Source: Octopus vulgaris
Lineage: Eukaryota
NCBI GenBank assembly: GCA_951406725.2
Contig: OX597821.1
Span: 43,772,001-43,836,000 of the forward strand
Length of the DNA stretch: 64,000 nucleotides
Reading direction: 5' to 3'
The notes below the pieces were generated by a model. It was given only the letters and a program-made list of their open reading frames with translations. It ran no database searches and was not told the DNA's origin. A program made the position numbers and the translations under genes. Every line of letters starts with the position of its first letter. The first letter of the stretch is position 1. Shown here in pieces: positions 13,282 through 25,689 of this stretch.

Positions 13282-13639
13282 CATGCTATTTCCAATTTGA
13301 AGGTTTCACCTACCTAGTTTCCTTACAAAATTATTGTCAGGTTGATCTTGAGTGCTACTGGTAACATGTAACCCAGTACAACCTGTTGCATGGTCGGATT
13401 GTCGGTGACTAAACTGGTAACCCCACCAGGCTTGCTTGGTGAGGAGAATGTTGTTGGATACCCTGCGGATTGAAAATTAAGACCTGTCAAAGGACGGATG
13501 AACTCCTGAATAGTCAATGGGCATCCATCAAAATGTCTGTAAATATGTATATACCATTTTTTTTAATATGTGTATATGTATATTTTTACTCTCTCTCTCT
13601 ATATATATATCATTTTATGTCTTTTAATTTTAATTAAAA

Positions 13640-14092
13640 GAACAGGAAGGAGAAACATCAGCACCCCAGGCTAAAAAAGGTCTTCACTCACATAAGGTGT
13701 TGTTATCTGTTTGATGGGATATGAAAAGTTTAGTCCACTTTGAACTTTTAAACCCAAACCAAGTGATATCAAAGATCTACAGTGAGCAGCTTGAGCACCT
13801 TAAGTCAGCACTAGAAGAAAAAACAACCATTTTTGGTTTCAAGACAAAAGGTGTTCTTCCATCAGGATAATGCTTGGCCGCATACAGCAAAGATGACATT
13901 CCAAGGCTGGAGCAGTTTGAATGGGAAACGATGCCTCACCCACCATATTCGCCAGACATAGTCCCATCTGATTATCATTTGTTCTGCAGTCTTCAAAATC
14001 ATTTAGATGGAAAAAATATGAATTCTGTAGACAAGGTGAGAGTAGTACTGAAGGAGTATTTTTCATCACGGACAAGCGAATTTTGGAAGATA
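13640..14092 (+). mobile_element. mariner transposase 3' fragment (same family as 59117-60331)
   Basis: HQDNAWPH...HPPYSPDIVPSDYHLF (DD34D motifs); DNA similar to 59800-60240. Confidence 0.9.
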
Positions 14093-15577
14093 GATAGATA
14101 GTTAGGTAAGTAGGTAGAGAGAAGGAGAGGAGAGAGAAGAAGAGAGAGAGAGAGGCGAAATAGTTTGCTTGTTATGACCCCATACCCTTGAAGCATCAAA
14201 GAAAGCTAGCAGTGGGGAGAGTAGCTTTACTACTCTCACACTGAAGCTCACCACCAGGGGTATATACAATTATCACATAATAATAGCTGATATATTTCTT
14301 CAGTCTTGCTTTACAAAATATATAGAAAGAGATAGAGAGAGAGAGAGAGATGTAGAGAGAGTTAGCACTAGAAGTGAAGGATGCGTAGAAAGAAAGACTC
14401 ATTGACTGAGAAAGAAGAGGAGGATGAGGAGGAGGCAGAAGGAGCAAATGACATAGTAGTTATGGGAGGAGTTATACAAATGAGAAATTTGTTTTATTTA
14501 ATTTTATTTTATGGTAATAAATATTCTTTGTTTGAAAATTAGTATTCTTTTCATCATTTTGTATAAAAACCAAAAATTTTAATAAAAGTGATGTTATAAT
14601 TATTGTGTGTGTGCTATATTACCTAAAATTATCCATAATAGCAAAAGAATACTTCCAAAGTTGCCCATTATATAATGGGTAAAACTAGCACATCATGTAA
14701 TCTTTCTGAAGGTCTCTTTCCTCCTTTATGGCTTGACCTAAGTTTGAATCTCAATGAAATGGACTTTGCCTTTCATCTTTCCAAGGTTGTTAAAATAAAG
14801 TACCAGTGAAATACTGAGGAGGTTAATCTAAATGATTATAACCATTTCAAACTGCATTGTTATGTAACTGAAGTCAACTTTAAATCGATTCACCTGATAA
14901 TTCAACGTTACATCAACTACACTTTCACACCATTCCAAAAGGAAAGCTAAAATGTGTTCAATGGACGAATATCTTTGGACAAAATTTATTTTCAAAAATT
15001 CTATATTTCCTGAAATTCACTAACGCTACTCTAGATGTGTCTATGTATCTCTTATGATTCTATCAATGTACACTTTCGAATTGTTTTGTGTGTTTTTCTA
15101 TGTACTATGCACATAATTCTAGTTGCATTCTTGTCTTTCTTTACTTGACTTATGTGTCTGCCCTCTTTCCCCTCTTTTAACCTTTCCCAATGAGTTGTGC
15201 TGCACTTGAGCACTGGATACAATAAGCTCGTTATTATCTTATTTAATTGATGCCCACTAGAAAGCGAAATAGGCAAGGCTCGTTAAAATATCTCCAATTT
15301 CTGATATTATTTAAAAGACAACAATTCAAAATTAAGTTGTTCAATTTAACTTTCTGTCTTTGTCCCTTCTATTATTCTATTAGCAATATATTGAACAGTA
15401 TTCTATAAGCAATATATTGAACAGTGGGAAGTTAATTTAGTTTATTGCTGATAGCATTGAAGTATTAACTGAAGTTGACACTGCATTGTTATTACTTGAA
15501 AAGAACAACCGACTTTAAATTAAATTCTTCACACACATTTTTAATAACTTCATCTAACTAAATTAAAATGTTATTCC

Positions 15578-15610
<33 letters not shown>

Positions 15611-15680
15611 CATCATATGTACATACATATATATTTATGAACATACACACATATATATATATATATATATGTGTGTATGT

Positions 15681-15716
<36 letters not shown>

Positions 15717-16269
15717 GCATTGTCATCTATTGTCTAAAGATATGATCATCACTCACTCTTGGCCTCACCAATCAGTTTAATGGTCTCCAGATGTTATTTT
15801 TGTCTGGAGACGTGTTGATAGCTATTTAGTATTCATCGTGAATAATTGGACACCAAATATCACTATTGGAATCTCATTAATAACATTCATTAAAAGTGGA
15901 GGGGGTGTTGGTTCTTTCTCTTTGTCTTCTAGAGAATATATTCTCCTAGTAGTGTGTGTGATGAGTTTAACATAGAACATGTTGTGACTCACCAACCATC
16001 ACATTAATCATTACCCCATACACAGCTTGCATGTAAATAGAAGTAAAGTTTATGGCAGGCTGAAGTGGTTGGGTGTTGGGCTAACACCTCCAGACTTCTA
16101 GGAGGGATGGAACTAAACGCTACATACTTGTTACTTTTACTGTGAGCTGGGAACATTGGTAGATATGGTCGAATACCTTGGTTTTTTTACATTCTGACCT
16201 CAAATCCCATAAAAGTCAATTCTACCTTTCATATATTTGGTTTATGGCTTGATACCATCGATCCTCACA

Positions 16270-16600
16270 TCTCCCATGAAGAAAAATCTAAATGGCATGT
16301 ACCACAGAATGCTCCATGCTGTTCAAGATATCTCATCATGTCAAGACGACTAAAAACGAGCTATACCAAAACATCCCAATACAAAAGCACTGACTGAGAT
16401 TTATTGGTCACTGCTTGTATAACAAGGTGAAGCTAGTGGTTGGAGTTCTTCTGTGGTAACCTCTTCATGGCAAATGGGAATCAGGTAGACTAGCAAAAAA
16501 CTACATCAACCGATTATTTGAAGATATTGGATGCACTATACAAGAACTTAAAAATGTCATTGATGATAGAAAGAATGGAAGATATGTGTCAGGAATGCTG
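16270..16600 (+). mobile_element. RTE-like LINE C-terminal fragment
   Basis: Frameshifted LNGMYHRMLHAV...LRFIGHC...VLLW*PLHG...GRLAKNYI...DDRKEW. Confidence 0.65.
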
Positions 16601-16959
16601 AGGATTTCTTAATCCACTAATTATTTGGGGTCAATAAAATACTAATCAGAAACTATAGTGATTTTAATTAATAAAATCCTATTGCAAATCTGAAGCCTTT
16701 TACTAATGTTTGAAATAAATTTTGCAATGAGACCACTGCTTGCAGTTGAGTTTACATTTTACTGTTTGCTTACGGTTAAGTGGACTGGGCCATTTAATGG
16801 TTGAAGTGTTGTGTTTAAGGACACAATATAGTGTCTGTAACAGAATATGAACCACTAACTTTTAGCTGACTTATCTGACATTCTCTCTAATTACCCAACC
16901 ATGTTTTCAAAAGTCAGGGTGAAATACTTATATCGAGAGAAATGTTTCTAATCTATAAA

Positions 16960-17700
16960 GTTCTGAACCGTTTTTGATATCTGAGTATTTCTTTGAGGTC
17001 AGTGTGGTTGTTCGTATTTTATTCCCTCTCACAGTTGATAAATCAACAATAATTAAGTAGAGCCACTTCAGGATTCTTAAGCATATTCCAACAAATGGCT
17101 ACTCCAAGATTCTTAAACATATTCCAAAATATTCTCTTCATCTTGCCAAACAAACATCTAATTTTGTAAACTTTATTGAAATGGTTTTTATCAATGCAGA
17201 TCTCTAATTTCTTCAAACTGCTCTGTTTGCATCAAACTAAACTTTATCCATTCTTTAGCCAAAGAATATATTTTATAAAAATGAAGGAGAACAGCTTTAC
17301 ATTTTAAAGATCAACCTTTAAAGTGATTGAAGAATATGTTTGTATATAAACAAGGTGATTATGCAGAACCAAAGGACACATCAAAGAGATTCAAATATGA
17401 GTTCCTTCATTATTTTAAAAATGTTATTCTTTAAATTTTAGTCCAGCCAATATCTTTGTTGACTAGCCGTCTCTTTAGAGAAGTTGCATGATGCATCATA
17501 GTAAGGTAGCTGATTGAAGCCACCAACTTAGAGACTCATATTACACAAACTATTTCTTGTTTTAATTAGCTTGATCACTTATGAATATTACAGAGTTTAT
17601 ACATATTTTAATCTGAGATTTGATAAATCTGTAAGAGTTTGTTGATGTCAATTGCTTTGGTCATTGTAAAAAGTGAAGAAGTCTAAGGAATCAGATATAG
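16960..17700 (-). mobile_element. possible very old Penelope-like remnant
   Basis: Only short motif matches (FNQLPYYDA; LIYQL*EGIKYE) resembling the PLE RT thumb and GIY-YIG regions. Confidence 0.3.
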
Positions 17701-18319
17701 TTCTTGGACTTTACTCAGATAAATCTATAATTTTATTTCAACTTCTGGTCTGAAGACTAGCAATAATTGTTGTTACATAGAATTTAGTTTGCAATGTAAC
17801 CATTACAGAGAAAAACAACAGAATACTTGGGTCTTTATGAAATATTTAAATAATCAAATTAAAGCTATCAGCCATTTTTGCTCATATTGATTTAAATTTC
17901 ATCTTCATTATTTCTTGTATGCAAATAATAAATTTCTGGTTGTTTTCAAATGATAAGTTGAAGAATATGATCAAAATACTTAAAGATCTAAATTAGTGCA
18001 TGGAATATTTTTAACTGAGGAATTTGAAAATGCCACATCACCCAAGGGTATTTTGATAATATTTTAGCCACATCAAATGAGGAATCATTCTATGCTACAA
18101 AAAAAAAAAGAAAGAAAAATTGATTTCTTAATAATATTTTCCTTATTCATCATTGATCAGCGATATATGTTGAAAACATCTGGTTCTATTCTTGTGGTGC
18201 TATACTATACAAACATCATGTGATGCAATAATAAAAGAAAATATCCATTTCTACAGAACAACATTTTCCAGAACTAATAGCAAAGCCAGCTACAAACAGG
18301 TAACATTCACTCTGCATAT

Positions 18320-18320
<1 letters not shown>

Positions 18321-18368
<48 letters not shown>

Positions 18369-18371
18369 GCA
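18321..18371. repeat. (GCA)n microsatellite
   Basis: Directly visible; the poly-A and poly-C ORFs here are artefacts. Confidence 0.9.
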
Positions 18372-19374
18372 CCTACAGGGTGCTGCAATGTAGATTTGCA
18401 AGTTGTATGCAGAATAGAAGACAAATGAAGTCCTTTCATTTTTATAAAACATTATATTATATGTGGAAACTGAATCAAATGTTAAATGTGATAAAAAAGC
18501 ACAGCTAAAACAGAGAGAAAAAGAGCAGCTTTCTGTTGCATAGAATGCATATACACGTATACATGCTCACACACACAGACATGCACACATTTACATGCCC
18601 ATACATGTACATACTGACTGGTATGTACATATTCAAACTGAAACACAGACACACACACACACTCACAAATACATATACGCATTGGTTTGTACACATAATC
18701 ATACTGATGTGCACACGTACATATACGCGTACATATCGACTGGTATTTATATGTGTGTGTGTGTATGCATGCGTGCGTATGTTGTGTGTAATATATACAC
18801 ACTTGCATATAGGCATACACACACTCACACATACACATGCATGTACATGTATGCATAAAAATGTGCACATTTACATGCATTCAGGTATGTATGTGCATAT
18901 GTATGCATGTACATGTTCGTCTTCTTCCTCTTCATCATCATCATCATCATGGTCATATATTCCATGTTGGCATGTGTTTCAAATGCAGCATATTCCCTTG
19001 TATTTTAATCTGGTTTAATGTATAATCAGAAGATGTATCTGCTGTTTTTAGCAAACAGCTACACCATTCTTCCTTTACTAAAATGCTATCACAGTGTTCC
19101 AATACATGCTCAGATCATAAATATCAATCAGGAGAATGTTAAGAACTTTTCTCATAAGAATCAAACAGTAGAGCTCTTGCTGAGATAGTAAACAGGCTAC
19201 AAACTGACAGATTTGGGGTTCAATTCTTGGGCAAGAAAATTAATTTCAGTTTTTATTCTACTTATATAGTTTACACACATGCACCCCTCCACACATACAT
19301 ACACATGCATACATATGTACATACATGCACAATATGTGCACGTGCATATACACGCACATGCACATACATACAGA

Positions 19375-19543
19375 CATTGCTGTGTAGTTGCCGATTTCAC
19401 TTTGCACCTATTTGGTTTTAGGTTCAGTCCCACTGCACAGCACATTGGGCAAGTGTCTTCTATTATAGTCCTGAGGCGACCAAAGCCTTGTCTGTGAATT
19501 TGGTTGGCAAAAATCAAAAGAAGTTTGTTGTTGCATGATATGA

Positions 19544-19580
<37 letters not shown>

Positions 19581-19822
19581 TGAGTGAGTGTGTGTGTGTT
19601 CTTGTCATGAGATTACATGTTAGTTATTAAGAACCTTTCCTGTCATACATATGATGATATTTGCAATCTTCTGTGAAAATATGTCTGGATGAAGGAAAAT
19701 ATTACTTTACTTGGAAACAGGTAAAATGGTAAGAGGAAGAGCATCCAGCTGTTGAAAATCTGTCTCACCAAATGTCATCTGAGTCATGTAAGCATTGAAA
19801 AGTAGATACTAAAACAATGATA
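19375..19822 (+). mobile_element. composite SINE: tRNA-like head, (GT)n, body and RTE-like tail
   Basis: Head as family A; tail gaagagcatccagctgtt...aaacaatgat. A second copy lies on the minus strand at ~60690-61262. Confidence 0.65.
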
Positions 19823-19849
19823 ATCTGTGTGTGTGTGTGTATGTATATA

Positions 19850-21113
19850 TAAGGTTTGTAGTAAGATATATGGTAAACTTTGACAGCTGCTCATTTTGCA
19901 CCATTATTATATTTTGACAATCTTTAGTTTTTGTTATAAAAGCTGACACATCTATTTCTTTATTTTAACTCATTTTGTGCTTTATAAAGTATTTATAAAT
20001 CGTTTTTTGCTATTTTTGTTTAGAGATGGATAAGTTGGAAATTAATACAGTTTTGAAATATGAGTTCTTTCTTGGAAATACAGCATCATAGACAGCTCGG
20101 AATACTAATGGAGTATTTCATTCTAATGTTATTACACAGCAGACAGCATCAAATTGGTTTTCAAAATTTCATTCTGGTAACTTTGACCACACAAATGAGC
20201 AATGCAGTCAACCAGAAACAAAGGTGGATAATGACAAACTGAAAACCACTGTCAAGTCAGATCCATCTCAAAGTGACCGTGAATTAACGTTGTTGTTTTG
20301 TGTTAGCAATCAAACAATATTGACTCACCTAGTTCAAATCAGTAAAGTGAAAAAGTTGGATAAGTGGGTTCTACATGAACTCAATAAAAATCAGGAACAG
20401 CAACGTTTAGAAGCCTGCATTATGCTACTTTCTCGTCACAAAAATGAATCATTTTTGAATCGAATTGTAACATGTGATGAGAAATAGATCCAATACAACA
20501 ACCATAAACATTCAGCCCAATAGTTGAACAAAGACGATCCACCAAAACACAGTCCAAAAAGCAAAATTTATGAAAAGAAGCTGATGGTGTGTGTTTGGTG
20601 GTCTGGCACAGGTGTGATCTATTATGATTTCATTAAACCTGGCTCATCAATCATGGCTGAAGTATCCTGCAGCCAACTAGACCAAATGATGCAGAAACTT
20701 ACAAAAAAACCAGCCTAGATTAGGCCACAGATCCACTTCTATTTTATTGCAAGACAACGCCAGACCACACATTGCAAAAATGACATTGGCAAAACTACAG
20801 GAGTTGGAGTTGGAAGTTCACCATCATCCACCATACTCACCTGATCTTGCCCCCACTGACTACTTCTTCCAGAATTTGGATAATTTTTTGGTAGGAAAAA
20901 ATTTAATTCTGACGATGCTATAAAACAGGTCTTCTAATATTTTATTGGCTTTAGATTGCTTTTACAGTTCCAGGCTGAACAAGCTATTGCTGAAGTGGCA
21001 AAAATGTATTAACAATATGGGTGCATACTTTGATAAATAAAACTATTCCTTGTATTTATAAAACATTAGCAAACATTTTTTTCTTTTCTACAAATTTCAT
21101 ACTTGACAACCTA

Positions 21114-21114
<1 letters not shown>
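19850..21114 (+). mobile_element. full-length decayed mariner (DD34D) transposon; transposase pseudogene 20026-21040
   Basis: MDKLEINTVLKYEF..., WVLHEL, IVTCDEK, LQDNARPH, HPPYSPDLAPTDY, GAYFDK*. Imperfect TIRs (ttaggttgtcaagtatgaaatttg). Multiple stops. Confidence 0.93.
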
Positions 21115-21156
<42 letters not shown>

Positions 21157-21212
21157 TGAGTAGACAAATGAAAAAAGGGCACTCAACACATTTGTTGGGA
21201 GTTACATGTTTA

Positions 21213-21272
21213 ATTCAAAATGGCTGAAGATTAGCATCATGCTTGAAACTTGGAGTACCAACGAATTTGAAT
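21213..21272 (+). ncRNA. hammerhead ribozyme motif (type I, minimal)
   Basis: tgg CTGAAGA tt-agca-tca-tgct-t GAAA ctt-g-gag TA cca; distal stem I attcaaa/tttgaat. Confidence 0.6.
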
Positions 21273-21513
21273 CAAACTGTTTTGATCCATATATGCATGT
21301 ATGTATGTATGTATGTATGTACGTATGTATGTATGTATGTATATACACACACATATGGGCACAGGTATGGATATGTGATAAGAATGCTTACTTCCTAACC
21401 ACATAGTTCTGAGTTCAGTCCTGCTGTGTGGCACCTTGGGCTTCTGCTATAGCCACTGGCTGACCAAAGCATTGTGAGGGAATTTAGTAGATGGAAACTT
21501 GAAGAAGCCCATA

Positions 21514-21557
<44 letters not shown>

Positions 21558-21855
21558 CAAAAACATTGATTAGAGAACAAACATCAAATTCAAGTCAATG
21601 ACTTTATATAACACCATGCTTCCATACATTTAATCATATATAAACATTACCATGGCCTTCAACATATAAAAGGAATACATATATAAAAGCACAGAAAGTA
21701 AAAAATATATATGCACATAAAAATACAAAATATATAGAAAGGCCTATCAAGGGAAGTTATATACAAATCAACTAAAATAAGTAACCAAAACGAATTAGTA
21801 AAGTGTGTCAAGTTATTTCTTACGTATATACATATATTTATATGTAAGATATATA

Positions 21856-22250
21856 GGTGCAGGCATGGCTGTGTAGAAAGAAGCTTGCTTCCGGGTCCAG
21901 TTCTACTGCATGGCATCTTCGGCAAATGTCTTCTTCTATAGCTCTGGGCCAACCAAAGCCTTGTGAGTACATTTGGGTGATAGAAACTGAAAGAAGCCCA
22001 TTGTGTATAAATATGTGTGTGTGTGTGTGTGTGCATGTATATCTTTGTGTCTGTGTTTGTCCCCCACCATTGCTTGACAACTGATGTTGGTGTGTTTATG
22101 TCCCTGTAACTTAGCAGTTTGGCAAAAGAAACTGATAGAATAAGTACCAGGCTTAAAAAAATAATAAGTACTGGAGTCAATCCATCCGACTAAAAATTCA
22201 AGGTGTTGCTCCAGCATGACTGCAGCCTAATGACTGAAACAAATAAAAGA
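21856..22250 (+). mobile_element. tRNA-derived SINE family A
   Basis: ggtgcaggcatggctgtgt... head with A/B-box-like motifs, internal (GT)n, tail gactgaaacaaataaaaga. Confidence 0.85.
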
Positions 22251-22374
22251 ATATATATATATATATATATATATTTCATTTCATCATTTTTCATTTCATT
22301 TCATCCAGTTTCAGCTCACGAGCTGTGGCCATGCTGGGGCACCGCCGTTAATTTAATTTTGAATTCTTTTTTGG

Positions 22375-22780
22375 GTGGGATGGGTAAATTAATTAATAAT
22401 ACAAAGAACTTTATAAATAGACTTAAATGGAAATTATACTAAATGTCGATATGCTGGCTGGCTTTTATTTTTTCGATGTCGCTTCATCAAAAATATAAGA
22501 GGTAAGTTTTCCTAGCATTTCTAGATTTATGGGAAATATTATGTTGATAAAGGAAATGAACCTTACGATTCTAATCCAGAAACGTACGTCCATAATTAAT
22601 CCGAAGACTATGTGATTTCATTGTTTTTCTTCTTTTTTTTTGCCTTATGTGAGTTACAAATATTGTTGTCTGTGGAGACTTATTTTTGCAGTAAAAGGAA
22701 ATAGTAGTCTTTTGGCTGCTATTTCTAATATTTTCGGTATGTGGTTTAAGCAACTCGTTGCAAAAAACCCTTATTATTAT
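22375..22780 (+). mobile_element. Penelope-like pseudo-LTR / 5' fragment
   Basis: KLINNTKNFINRLKWKLY resembles the PLE ORF N-terminus (KLI..T..FI.R.RWK, recalled from memory); contains an HHR motif and a GT-AG pair. Confidence 0.55.
22538..22596 (+). ncRNA. hammerhead ribozyme motif with U3-A8 core and palindromic stem III
   Basis: attatg TTGATAA a-gga...tcc-a GAA ACGTACGT C cataat: 6-bp stem I, ACGTACGT palindrome, GUC cleavage triplet ending at 22590. Confidence 0.7.
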
Positions 22781-22805
22781 AATTATATATATATATATAT
22801 ATATA

Positions 22806-23226
22806 TACTCTCTCTTTACTCTTTACTCTTTTACTTGTTTCAGTCATTTGACTGTGGCCATGCTGGAGCACCGCCTTTAATCGAGCAACTCGACCCCGGG
22901 ACTTATTCGTTTGTAAGCCCAGTACTTATTCTATCGGTCTCTTTTGCTGAACCGCTAAGTAACAGGGACATAAACACACCAGCATCGGTTGTCAAGCAAT
23001 GCTAGGGGGACAAACACAGACACACAAACACACACACACGCATATATATATATACATATATACGATGGGCTTCTTTCAGTTTTCCGTCTACCAGATCCAC
23101 TCACAAGGCTTTGGTCGGCCCGAGGCTATAGTAGAAGACACTTGCCCAAGGTGCCACGCAGTGGGACTGAACCCGGAACCATGTGGTTGGTAAACAAGCT
23201 ACTTACCACACAGCCACTCCTGCGCC
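22806..23226 (-). mobile_element. tRNA-derived SINE family A, young full-length copy
   Basis: Head ggcgcaggagtggctgtgtggtaag...gttccgggttcagtccc; CpGs retained; tail aagtaaaagagtaaagag. Confidence 0.92.
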
Positions 23227-24522
23227 TATCGATAACAATTTGTTGCTTACATGTGCACAAGGTCAGAAATTTTGAAGAAGTGGTTAATTGATGGTAATGT
23301 CTCTGATGTTTGACTGATATTTCATTTTATTGATCCTGGAATGATGAATAACAGATTTGACTTTGGTTTGATTTGAATTCAGAACGTAAGACAAATTTTT
23401 CAGTGTTATGATTCCAAATTTCATGTTTTGTGTTATAGGCTTTTCATACATCTGTTGGTCAAAGATAAAGGAAAACATGTGCAAGAAGTGAATTCCATAG
23501 GGTTGCAGTTCTAGAAGGATTGAGTGAAGTGTTTGTTTTAAGGTCTGGAAGAGATTAAGACACAGTAAGGGTCATGGGTAAAAGCCGAGAGGGTCTGAGT
23601 GGAGAGGGTATGCAATTAGCTAATTCAGAGGAGTAGAATTTGTTGTAGTAGTGATAGAAGAGTTTAAGAGAAGAAACTGCATATGTGTGAGCCAGTGGTT
23701 GAAGTGTGTATTGGTGAGTGAACCATTCATTACTAATCAGGCAAGCGACCTTTTTAAATCACAAAATACGTCACCAAGTGCCACTTTATTTCATTAAATC
23801 TTTGCAGACTTCATAAAAGAAATAAACAATGAAATTTCTTCAAATCACACCAAATTTCATTAAGTCTCACACCACAAGTTTTAATCTGATGGAAACGTGT
23901 TGAGTATTGTGAGATGTTTCTTTGCTTTGTTTTCATGTTACTTCAGTCTTCCAGAATTGTTCTGAAAGTTTATCTTATCTCATAAAATTTCCAGTGAAGT
24001 TTTTGTTCAAATACATTGCTTTACACATCATATAATACATTAAATTTGTAAAGGTTTTTCACAATGTATCTATAGATATTCAACCTTGATAAAATTTCAG
24101 ATCTTCAAAATATATAATTTGTCAGAACTTCAGAAATGAAAGTAAGTTTTTATTTACTTTCATAAATTTACTTTATATTTCTTACATCTACTGTGTGCAT
24201 TTCTTGAATTTCATTATAAATTTTGACAAAAGATTCAATGAAATATTGAACTTTGAAATTTTGTAAATGTTTGGTGTGGCAATTTGTCAGAAACTCAAAT
24301 TAGATTTGATTTGTGTAGCAAAAAATACATTGGTTTCCCTTAATTTTTTGAAGTTTACAACATGGTTTCTTGTAGAAGTATAATCTCAGTAGATTTGTGA
24401 ATATCTCACAAATGAGGAATTTATCAGAAAAAACAGCAGGGGATGAAATTTCAGTGAACTTGTTATGGGGAAGTTCATGAGATGTGTGTACACCTATATA
24501 TTTGTAAACAAACTTACATACA

Positions 24523-24739
24523 TATGAGGAGTGCTGAAAAGTTCCTGGTTTTAAGAGTATCACAAAAGGCCTGGTTGGAGGTGTCACCTTCTAAGTTCTT
24601 TTACAGAGTTTAGAAAAAATGAAGTAGCACTGCAATAAATGTGTGAATCTGAGAGAAGAATTTGTTGAAAAAAATCATAATTAACTGGTCCTCCTGTATT
24701 TTCTTTTACACAAAGCCAGGAACCTTTCATCAGACCTTT

Positions 24740-24742
<3 letters not shown>
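24523..24742. mobile_element. mariner-type MITE
   Basis: tatgaggagtgctgaaaagttcctgg versus reverse-complemented right end tacaaaggtctgatgaaaggttcctgg; TA flanks. Confidence 0.8.
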
Positions 24743-24808
<66 letters not shown>

Positions 24809-25689
24809 TGTACATACATATATACATGCATGCACACATGTATATCAGTGGAGGATGGCAAGTCTGGTAGAGCATTGATTGAAAATATTTTGTGAGTTTT
24901 GGCAATGTTGTTTTATGTTTTGGTTGTGTTCCTTTAGGCTCTGGTAGACTTTGCCTTTCCTTCTTCAGAGCTTGATAAATTAGGTACCTGACAAACGACT
25001 GGGATCAAATGTAATACTTTGGTATTGTCACAGCACAATATTTCTAATTAGCAAAGGACAACATACTTTCTCTCTCTCTCTCTCCCTCACACACACACAC
25101 ACACAAAATTAGCAAAATATGTTGATAATATAAATGGAATTATTACACTATGGGCATTGGTTATTGTATCACCCTAAGTCAGCCCTGACTGAGCTGATCC
25201 ATGATCAAAAGTGTTCCAGAAGTGACCATCCTATTCCTTCTCTCAGTGACTACTTATCTAGTATTACGTTATCCAATGGCTGTCTTTCATTCCAAGATGG
25301 CAGAGTATGATTTGAGGTAGATTTGGCTACTATTTCTCACATAGTGAGCAACTACATTGAGACTTCCTTAATGGCAGGTAAAAAAAAAACCAAAATGTTC
25401 TTTGTGGAAAGTGAACCCTTCATAGTTCAGACAGTAGCTGACTTAAATTAACTCTTTAGCATTCAGATTTAAATTCTTATTTAAATGTCAAATTTAAATT
25501 CTTATTTATGCACATTGTTTTGAATTAATCATGCTTTATCCTGTAGCTTAGATTTCAATCATGTGATTGTTATTTTTAGAATGACATTGTAGGGTAGGTT
25601 TGAGAGACTGGATCTGGCCAGTTTGAACATGAAAACAGGAAGAATATTTGGGTTTCATATGGCTGATTTAAGTGCTAAAGCATTGATAT

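Noticed and set aside
15880-15910. taac...aaaagtggaggggg resembling a twister ribozyme 3' end
   Set aside because: The central P4/pseudoknot segment is absent.
18257-18299. 43-nt plus-strand AG/GT-bounded micro-exon candidate (also one near 24101-24151)
   Set aside because: Too short, no recognisable peptide or partner exons, and expected by chance.
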